Source: Promethearchaeota archaeon (lineage in GTDB: Archaea > Asgardarchaeota > Lokiarchaeia > Sigyniarchaeales > Promethearchaeaceae). From it: 32,000 nt of DNA. The DNA lies in assembly GCA_016933055.1 (NCBI GenBank), contig JAFGBS010000009.1, forward strand, positions 120,001 through 152,000, in the 5' to 3' direction. How positions within the stretch are numbered: position 1 is the first letter of the stretch; each line of letters starts with the position of its first letter. A program made the position numbers and the translations under genes. Positions 25,595-32,000 of this stretch are shown one piece after another. The notes beneath the pieces are model-generated. The model saw nothing but the letters and a program-made list of their open reading frames with translations. It did not search any database and was not told where the DNA came from.

Positions 25595-25756
25595 CTATTT
25601 TTCTTTCGTAGATTTTTTAATTAAGGACTTAATCAGATTAGGATCTCCGACCAATAGTTCTAATTGCTCACTGGTTATCTCTACATCATTTAAAGTAATC
25701 TCATCGACTTTTTCGAGGAGTTTTTCTATCACTTCAGTAAAATCCTCAAGGGACAT
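25595..25756 (-). CDS. 53-aa micro-protein paralogous to the CdhD N-terminal module
   Basis: Not in the ORF track (under 60 aa). Translation: MSLEDFTEVIEKLLEKVDEITLNDVEITSEQLELLVGDPNLIKSLIKKSTKEK, stop TAG at 25597-25595. The first 36 aa align ungapped to CdhD residues 1-36 with 18 identities. Confidence 0.9.
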   Translation of the reverse strand: MSLEDFTEVIEKLLEKVDEITLNDVEITSEQLELLVGDPNLIKSLIKKSTKEK

Positions 25757-25778
25757 ATCAAAAATTTACTTAATGTAG

Positions 25779-25798
25779 GATATAAAACTTTTTTCCCG
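25779..25798 (-). promoter_or_regulatory. BRE-TATA promoter for the micro-protein-cdhD unit (leaderless start)
   Basis: Minus strand CGGGAAAAAAG-TTTTATAT, with the TATA centre about 27 nt upstream of ATG 25756. Confidence 0.6.
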
Positions 25799-25844
25799 TT
25801 CTGCAAGAAAAAGTAGAAATTAATAGAGAAAAAAGTAAAAAAAA

Positions 25845-27521
25845 TTAGTGAGCGATAAATTCCCGATCACGTAACGACTTTCTATCTATCTTCCCAATTC
25901 CAGTTTTGGGTAAAGTGTCCAAAAATTCAAATTTCCTGGGAATTTTATAAGATGCAATCTTGGTTTCCAAATGTTCAACAATCTGTTTAGGTGCCAACAT
26001 CATTCCTTCGTTTAAAACTGCATAGAGTTTCACAGTCTCTCCACGATATTCATCAGGAGACGCGACAACTACAGCTTCTGCTATCTGGGGGAAATCACTA
26101 GTGATAATCTCTTCAATCTCTCGGGGATACACTTTGTATCCTGATGCATTTATCATATCCTTCTTACGGTTCACTAAATAGAGAAATCCATCTTCATCAA
26201 AATATCCCAAATCGCCTGTATAGAACCAACCATTTCGTATTATTTCTGCTGTTGCTTCGGGATCTTTGTAATACCCTTTCATGATCTGGGGGCCCTTGAT
26301 AACTAATTCTCCAATCTCGCCTTGTGGAACCAATTCATTCGTTTCAGAATCTCGTATTTGTACATCCGTACCAATGAATGGGATACCAATAGAACCAATT
26401 TTTCTATTATCCTTCTCGAGGGGATTCGCTGAAACTATAGGTGCAGTTTCGGTTAAACCATATACCTCCATCACTAGACCCCCTATGTTAGATTCTAATT
26501 CTTCTGCTAGGGATGTAGGGAGAGCTGCTGCTCCTGAAAATGCTAATTCTAGAGAAGATAAATCGTATTTCTTAAATTTAGGATGTCGCAATAATGCTCT
26601 GTACAGAGTTGGTACCCCGTGCATGTAATTTATACGTTCTTTGCTCAAAATTTTTAGAACATCTTCAAATTTTCGCGGATCGGGGACAAGATAAATGGTA
26701 CTTTCTAGAACAATGCATGATAACATCACACCAGTCAATCCGATGACATGGAAGAAGGGGACTACCCCGATATACTTCTTGTGCATTCCTGGGGGGTGAA
26801 TCATTACCGGCCATTCTTTTAACCATATCATATTCGCCACAAGATTGCGATGGGTCAACATTGCAGCTTTAGGAACACCGGTTGTTCCTCCTGTGCTACC
26901 AATTGTACTAACATCATCGGGATCTATAGGTATTGGTTCTTGCAAGGGCTCATGGGATTTTATTAATTCATATAAATTCTTTTCACCAGAAATCTTCGGA
27001 CTTTTTGGGATTTTTCCAATTAATTTAGCTATAAATCGCATTACAGGTGAGAGAATATCACCTAAAGCAGTAGTGATTATGAGAGGAATTTGGACCTTGG
27101 TTTCCTCCACTTTTTCATACAAGAAATCCAGCGCCACTATTCCTTTCAGATCTACTTTTTTAAGAACCGCTTCTAAATCACTGGGACCATAGAGAGGAGA
27201 TAAAGGCACAGCTATCGCTCCCGTTTTCAAAATTCCGAAATAACTGATAGGGAATTGATGAAGATTAGGCATTAAAATGCCCATCCTATCTCCTTTCTTC
27301 ACACCAAGTTCGATCAGAGCTTGGGCAAATCGATTTGCCATATCATTTACTCGTGCATAAGTATAATCAATTCCCAGTAAAGATAAGTACACTATATCCG
27401 GATTGATTTTTGCATACTCCTCAAAAATTCCATGTACGGTCGTATTAGGTATTTCTACTACTTTTCTTACTCCTTTTGGCCATGACTTATACCATAATTT
27501 TTCTTCTGCTGTCATCCACAC
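25845..27521 (-). CDS. fadD: Long-chain fatty-acid--CoA ligase (ANL adenylate-forming family)
   Basis: STGGTTGVPKAAMLTH, YGLTETAP, GELVIKGPQIMKGY, TGDLG, RKKDMINASGYKVYPREIE and PKTGIGKIDR. Confidence 0.93.
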   Translation of the reverse strand: MWMTAEEKLWYKSWPKGVRKVVEIPNTTVHGIFEEYAKINPDIVYLSLLGIDYTYARVNDMANRFAQALIELGVKKGDRMGILMPNLHQFPISYFGILKTGAIAVPLSPLYGPSDLEAVLKKVDLKGIVALDFLYEKVEETKVQIPLIITTALGDILSPVMRFIAKLIGKIPKSPKISGEKNLYELIKSHEPLQEPIPIDPDDVSTIGSTGGTTGVPKAAMLTHRNLVANMIWLKEWPVMIHPPGMHKKYIGVVPFFHVIGLTGVMLSCIVLESTIYLVPDPRKFEDVLKILSKERINYMHGVPTLYRALLRHPKFKKYDLSSLELAFSGAAALPTSLAEELESNIGGLVMEVYGLTETAPIVSANPLEKDNRKIGSIGIPFIGTDVQIRDSETNELVPQGEIGELVIKGPQIMKGYYKDPEATAEIIRNGWFYTGDLGYFDEDGFLYLVNRKKDMINASGYKVYPREIEEIITSDFPQIAEAVVVASPDEYRGETVKLYAVLNEGMMLAPKQIVEHLETKIASYKIPRKFEFLDTLPKTGIGKIDRKSLRDREFIAH

Positions 27522-27593
27522 TACACCATTTACATTATTTGTTGAAATAGGTTATTACTCTTATGTAGAACTAACAACTATATCAAAGTATAG

Positions 27594-28157
27594 CTAATCC
27601 TTTATCATCCTTTTTCTTATATGAAAAAAGATCGCACTCAAAGTGAGAAAACTCACTCCACTCACCAGAAAAATGGAATATCCAGGAATAAATGGAATAA
27701 AATACAATTCCATTATATGATTGGCTTCCAGAATATATGAATCCGGCCCATGATCAATCAGTACCACTTGAATATAATACAGAGCTACTGGATATTCTGG
27801 GTTACTAGGTGTGTAATTGATCATTGAGACCGGTCCTAGAGAATTGTCATAAGCCAGTGTAGTTCCAGTAACTGTATTGAATATCTCGGGATCATATCCC
27901 TCTCGGGAAATATAGCTCTGTTTTGGGCGTGTACTAAATAGAAATAGATCAAATTCCCCATCCGCAACGCTAGTCACATTGACTATGAGGGTGTCATTGA
28001 TTTCTAATGAAACTACATACATTCGAAAATCGTAGGTTTGTAAAGGGAAAGAATCGGTATAATAATCTGTTCCGCCAGAAGCAAACACTATCGAAGAAAT
28101 CGAAGAAACTAATAAGAAACTAACCAGAATCATATAATTTAACTTATTTCGTTTCAT
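27594..28157 (-). CDS. Secreted/surface protein with signal peptide and Loki-CTERM/PGF-CTERM-like C-terminal sorting signal
   Basis: N-terminal basic-hydrophobic signal. The C-terminus is IPGY plus a TM helix plus the basic tail RKRMIKD. Confidence 0.75.
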   Translation of the reverse strand: MKRNKLNYMILVSFLLVSSISSIVFASGGTDYYTDSFPLQTYDFRMYVVSLEINDTLIVNVTSVADGEFDLFLFSTRPKQSYISREGYDPEIFNTVTGTTLAYDNSLGPVSMINYTPSNPEYPVALYYIQVVLIDHGPDSYILEANHIMELYFIPFIPGYSIFLVSGVSFLTLSAIFFHIRKRMIKD

Positions 28158-28255
28158 ATCGAAGTCACATAAAACATGATTTTTACTGTAAAAAAATGTT
28201 TCTACCTAACGATAAGTTTTAGATTCATACATAATAGTATAGTGTAGGTGAACTT

Positions 28256-28591
28256 ATGAGGCGTAAAGGAAAACGAATTATATTTCCCGCATATTTTGAT
28301 GTAAATCGATCTGTTCGACTAGGTCGACGTCTCCCCGTTTCAAAAGCTATTCCCTTACCCTCCATTCAGGAACTTGCTGAAGCTGCAGTGAGGTCAAATT
28401 ACCAAGCAGATATTGATCCCAATGCAAAATATCCACGTACCTGGTCCGATCCTCCCGGGATGTTATTAATTGATACAACGGGTCAAAAAAAGGTCAAAGT
28501 GATGGAGAAACTTGCAGCTGAAATCGTGGTAATGCGTTTACATAAAAGAACTGAAGAAATTTCTAAAAAGAAGAAGAAAAAAAAGAAATGA
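28256..28591 (+). CDS. srp19: Signal recognition particle protein SRP19
   Basis: IIFPAYFD..RS...GRRLP, P.IQEL.EA, AKYPRTW and KVKVMEKLA, with a poly-Lys tail. Confidence 0.92.
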   Translation: MRRKGKRIIFPAYFDVNRSVRLGRRLPVSKAIPLPSIQELAEAAVRSNYQADIDPNAKYPRTWSDPPGMLLIDTTGQKKVKVMEKLAAEIVVMRLHKRTEEISKKKKKKKK

Positions 28592-28608
28592 ACTACGAAT
28601 GACCTAAA

Positions 28609-29052
28609 ATGCATGAATTCGCTGTAGCTAATCAAATTTACCAATCCTCTCTTGAGACTGCTATTCATCATAAGGCAGCAAAAATACTAGAAATTAAGGT
28701 AGAGCTTGGGGACTTCACTTTGGTTGTAGAAGAACTCCTTATTTTTTCCTTTAACGTATTAAAAAAACAATCCCCCATAATAGAAGAAGCAGAATTGTAT
28801 ATCACCCGTTCTCCTGGAGAAATACTCTGCAATGATTGCAAAAAAACCAGTGAAATTTGGTTTAATGAAGAACAGGAAATATCAGAAGAAAACGCGGATG
28901 AATTGGACTTATTCACCCAAAAAGTACATCAAAGTAAGGATCTTCGATTGATGAGTGTAAACTTATTCAAATGTAGACATTGTAACAGCCGAAATACAGA
29001 CCTCTTATCTGGCAAAGATATTGTAGTAAAAAACATAAAAGTGCAAGATTAG
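28609..29052 (+). CDS. hypA: Hydrogenase maturation nickel metallochaperone HypA
   Basis: MHEFAVA N-terminus, LGDFT, two CxxC pairs (CNDC, CRHC) and a C-terminal SGKDIVVKNI. Confidence 0.93.
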   Translation: MHEFAVANQIYQSSLETAIHHKAAKILEIKVELGDFTLVVEELLIFSFNVLKKQSPIIEEAELYITRSPGEILCNDCKKTSEIWFNEEQEISEENADELDLFTQKVHQSKDLRLMSVNLFKCRHCNSRNTDLLSGKDIVVKNIKVQD

Positions 29053-29102
29053 TTATGCTCAATAAGCAGAAAGATTATAGTAAATCTACTAAAATTTAAA
29101 AT

Positions 29103-29372
29103 GTGAGCAAAATGCGAACTCGAAAAGATTTAGAAGAAATTGCAAAACAGCATGGATGGATACTTAATCCTAATGATCGAGTGGTAGAAGGAAATTTAAG
29201 AGTCCAAAATAAGAATTTTGAGAAATATGGGGAATATTATTGTCCATGCAAACCAGAAAAGATTGAAGAGAATATATGTAGACCTTGCATAGATAGTCCC
29301 GAAGAAATTAAAGAGATGGGCCATTGCACGTGTAATTTATACTTTGATGCAAACTGGAAAGAGAATAATTAA
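29103..29372 (+). CDS. Ferredoxin:thioredoxin reductase catalytic (beta) subunit-like protein
   Basis: WILNPNDRVVEG, KYGEYYCPC, CRPC and GHCTCNLYF. Confidence 0.85.
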   Translation: MSKMRTRKDLEEIAKQHGWILNPNDRVVEGNLRVQNKNFEKYGEYYCPCKPEKIEENICRPCIDSPEEIKEMGHCTCNLYFDANWKENN

Positions 29373-29551
29373 ACCGTTTTCTAAGTGGATTTCCTATTTC
29401 TTTTCACTAGTAAACACGATTTTTGGAATTTAAGGGGAACCAAACGAATTTGGAAAAATACTAAATATATATCAACGCCGTACAGAAAAAAAAACGATAA
29501 ATAGCAGGATGGATATAGCCTATATTAAAATCTTTGAACGGATGATTGTAA

Positions 29552-30262
29552 ATGGATCTTTTAATTATTATTCCGATAATAATCGCAAGTTTAACGCTAT
29601 CAACGGTTTTAATGGCGCTATATGTACGTAAATACAATAGTTCTGAAGCCATTACGGCAATTTATGTAATTTATTTAGCTTTGAGTCAGATTCTTGCATT
29701 GAAAGTGGCAGATTTCTATGGATTACCAGCCCCTGCTGCCGTTATAATTTTTCCATTCATTTTCCAATTAACAGATACGATGAACGAGCACTTTGGGGTG
29801 AAATCAACTTACAAAATGATATTCATCGGTTTTATTACTCAAGTTTTGATGACCTTTTTTATCGCAATTGGAAATGTGTTAGATCCCAGTCCCTTTTGGG
29901 GGTTTGACAATTCTACTTGGGTAACATTATTTGGTCAACAATTTGGGATTATTGGAGCCAGTTGGATTGCTTTTCTGATTTCCAATTTCTTTGATTCCTG
30001 GTTTTATGCATGGATTAAACGGAAAACTGGTAGCAGGGCTCTCTGGGTTCGATCAGTTGTCACCGATATCCCGAGCTTGGCTATTGATAGTTGTATTTTC
30101 GTAACTCTTGCTTTTGGAGTGTTTACCACGACCCCGAATTGGGCTATGGTAGGTCCTACAATACTGGGACAATTAATTACAAAATGGATCTTAGGGATTG
30201 TTGATACTCCATTTCTCTACTTAGATAGATGGATTGTAAATTACAAAAAAAAAGAAAAATAG
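29552..30262 (+). CDS. Queuosine/archaeosine precursor (preQ0/preQ1) transporter, YhhQ/VUT family
   Basis: FPFIFQLTDTMNEHFG, ASWIAFLISNFFD and LWVRSVVTD...IDSCIFVTLAF. Confidence 0.85.
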   Translation: MDLLIIIPIIIASLTLSTVLMALYVRKYNSSEAITAIYVIYLALSQILALKVADFYGLPAPAAVIIFPFIFQLTDTMNEHFGVKSTYKMIFIGFITQVLMTFFIAIGNVLDPSPFWGFDNSTWVTLFGQQFGIIGASWIAFLISNFFDSWFYAWIKRKTGSRALWVRSVVTDIPSLAIDSCIFVTLAFGVFTTTPNWAMVGPTILGQLITKWILGIVDTPFLYLDRWIVNYKKKEK

Positions 30263-30293
30263 CCCAAATTTCATAGTTAAATTGAAGTAGATT

Positions 30294-30941
30294 TTATCTA
30301 CTTCGTGCTTCTTTCCTATAAGCATCCATTTTACTTTGTTCAAAGATGTTACCCATTCCCCCCCCACTAACGGGTACCATTTTAAACAACCTTTGGAGGA
30401 TCATGCTAACAGTAAACGAACAAAGGAAGTAAAATGCTGTATAATTTATCCATCCCCAAGCCCCCCATTCTCCGGCTGCTAGCATCATGTTATTCAAGAA
30501 GTTTAATGGTATGGTTGATGGGTTCATGGGAGGTAATGCTATTGGAGGTTGGATCACCGATCCTCCGGTTCCAGAGACTCCAAAAAATCTTCGTATCAAA
30601 GTAAATATCAAAATCATAGGAAGGAATGTAATACATGTAGGTTTCAATCTTTCTAGAGACATTTTTTGTTGCATCTTCTGGATACTTTTGTCCCTTCTTT
30701 CCCATTTTACTACTTCTTTTTCATATTTTTTGGGACTCTCCTCCTGCAATTCATCCAACCGTTTTCTTTCTGCTTGATGATCTTTAATCCTTTGTTGCTT
30801 AACCAACATCGCTTTGGGATCAAGAAGTAGTTTATTTAAGCCTATGCTAATCAATGTAACGCATATACTAATGAAAAGTATAAAAAACATTGCACCTGGT
30901 GGTACTCTTAGCCATTCTATAAATTCATTCCATGTAACCAT
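30294..30941 (-). CDS. DUF106 / EMC3-TMCO1 (Oxa1 superfamily) membrane insertase
   Basis: TM1, cytosolic coiled coil, KPTCITFLPMILIF and a C-terminal FYFLCSFTVSMIL TM; located directly after secY. Confidence 0.88.
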   Translation of the reverse strand: MVTWNEFIEWLRVPPGAMFFILFISICVTLISIGLNKLLLDPKAMLVKQQRIKDHQAERKRLDELQEESPKKYEKEVVKWERRDKSIQKMQQKMSLERLKPTCITFLPMILIFTLIRRFFGVSGTGGSVIQPPIALPPMNPSTIPLNFLNNMMLAAGEWGAWGWINYTAFYFLCSFTVSMILQRLFKMVPVSGGGMGNIFEQSKMDAYRKEARSR

Positions 30942-31018
30942 TATATTGACCTATGATAAATTCAATGCTACTAGTTATTACACAATAAGAGAAAATAAAT
31001 AAAGTATAGGATCCTCAC

Positions 31019-32000
31019 CTATTTTCCAAGGAATCCGGAAAGCGTGGGGTATTGCTCTGACGCAGCTTCTTTAGCAATGGTTTCGGCGAAATTCTGCATA
31101 ATACCCACCATTAATAGTAATCCTGTACCAGAACCTAACGCCCCCAAGAAATCCGCGGCAAAGCTTAGTGCAGCAACTATTATTCCATTAATTACGGTTA
31201 AGGCGGGAATATATCGTTCCAAGATTTTCTCAATGACTTTTTCAGAGGATCTAAAGCCATCAATCTGCATTTTGCTACCCAGTATCTGACGCGCAATATC
31301 TCGAGGAGCTAAACCGGACACTTCTACCCAAATTTTCCCCAAAAGAATACACAATACCAGAAAGATTGCTAAATAGATGATCGAATGAAGCACTATAAAA
31401 TCTCCCGCTTCCCCGTACACGATCGAACTGATTCCTTGGGGTGGGGTAAGATAATAGGCTAATCCTCTTATGGGACGCAGTTGATTACTATCAGGCACTT
31501 CCACAAATACACCAATCAAATCCAGGAATGGATCGTTTCCATCACGGAACCTACTATTAGGTCCTGCAAGTAATTGTGCAAAAAATAAGACATTTGCATA
31601 CAATGCTTGCACCAAAATAACTGGAATGTTACTAACATACATCAATTTCATGGGATATTTTCCCTTGAAACCACTATACCCTTTGTAAGATAAAGGGATT
31701 TCAATCCGCATGGATTCGAAATATACGACGACTAAAAATATGATTATTGTGGTAAACACTCCCAGCATACTGGGGAGACTATTCTCTCGAATAAACACCT
31801 CCCCCATCGTGATATCTTTCCTGCCAAGTAATGCCTCAAAAAACGCGATGATTGCTCCTCGACTTGGTGGATTATCACCGGATTGATCGGGGAAGAATGA
31901 AAACGCATTCCATAAAATCTGCCCGGCAACATTCGCCCCGATAAAAAGACTGACACCAGAACCGATTCCCCAGCCTTTTTGCAGCATTTCATCCATCATC
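31019..32000 (-). CDS. secY: Protein translocase subunit SecY/Sec61alpha (C-terminal part; 5' end outside the window)
   Basis: DEMLQKGWGIGSGVSLFI, YPMKLMYVSNIPVIL, WVEVSGLAPRDIARQI, IDGFR and LGALGSGTGLLLMVGI. Confidence 0.97.
   Translation of the reverse strand, partial: MMDEMLQKGWGIGSGVSLFIGANVAGQILWNAFSFFPDQSGDNPPSRGAIIAFFEALLGRKDITMGEVFIRENSLPSMLGVFTTIIIFLVVVYFESMRIEIPLSYKGYSGFKGKYPMKLMYVSNIPVILVQALYANVLFFAQLLAGPNSRFRDGNDPFLDLIGVFVEVPDSNQLRPIRGLAYYLTPPQGISSIVYGEAGDFIVLHSIIYLAIFLVLCILLGKIWVEVSGLAPRDIARQILGSKMQIDGFRSSEKVIEKILERYIPALTVINGIIVAALSFAADFLGALGSGTGLLLMVGIMQNFAETIAKEAASEQYPTLSGFLGK

Noticed and set aside
25578-25778. Plus-strand 66-aa ORF in the track
   Set aside because: It is the antisense shadow of the real minus-strand micro-protein gene, which has homology and promoter support.
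702-31992. The many short ORFs antisense to or nested within recognised genes (e.g. 702..890, 933..1193, 2764..3147, 9018..9200, 26281..26628, 31744..31992)
   Set aside because: They are shadow frames of well-supported genes and have no independent motifs.
1-32000. CRISPR array or IS element
   Set aside because: No regularly spaced direct repeats, terminal inverted repeats with a transposase, or cas genes were seen.

Overview
A 32-kb, AT-rich chromosomal segment of an archaeon, most likely an Asgard archaeon of the Lokiarchaeia/Promethearchaeia. The taxonomic call rests on an archaeal rpl11-rpl1-P0-P1 operon, secY followed by a DUF106/EMC3-TMCO1 gene, srp19, archaeal cdhD, a roadblock/LC7 protein, a Loki-CTERM-type surface protein and a eukaryote-style 9/4 tRNA-Sec. 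Most of the window is housekeeping and heterotrophic metabolism: sulfatase, GH26 mannanase, acyl-CoA ligase, iPGM and transporters. There is also a heat-shock cluster (Phr/HSR1-like regulator, USP, Hsp20, SRPBCC, AN1 finger). Four real features are absent from the ORF track: (1) an intron-containing tRNA-Ile with a UAU anticodon, which is rare in prokaryotes; (2) a selenocysteine tRNA (UCA); (3) a 53-aa micro-protein gene directly upstream of cdhD that is a stand-alone duplicate of the CdhD N-terminal module (18/36 identical, ungapped); (4) a membrane-anchored sulfatase running off the left edge. Two apparent pseudo-enzyme domains are present: an E2-type acyltransferase lacking its catalytic His/Asp, and an AsnB lacking its glutaminase Cys1/Asn. 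I found no CRISPR array, transposase or integrase. All family assignments are from motif recognition by eye, not database searches.
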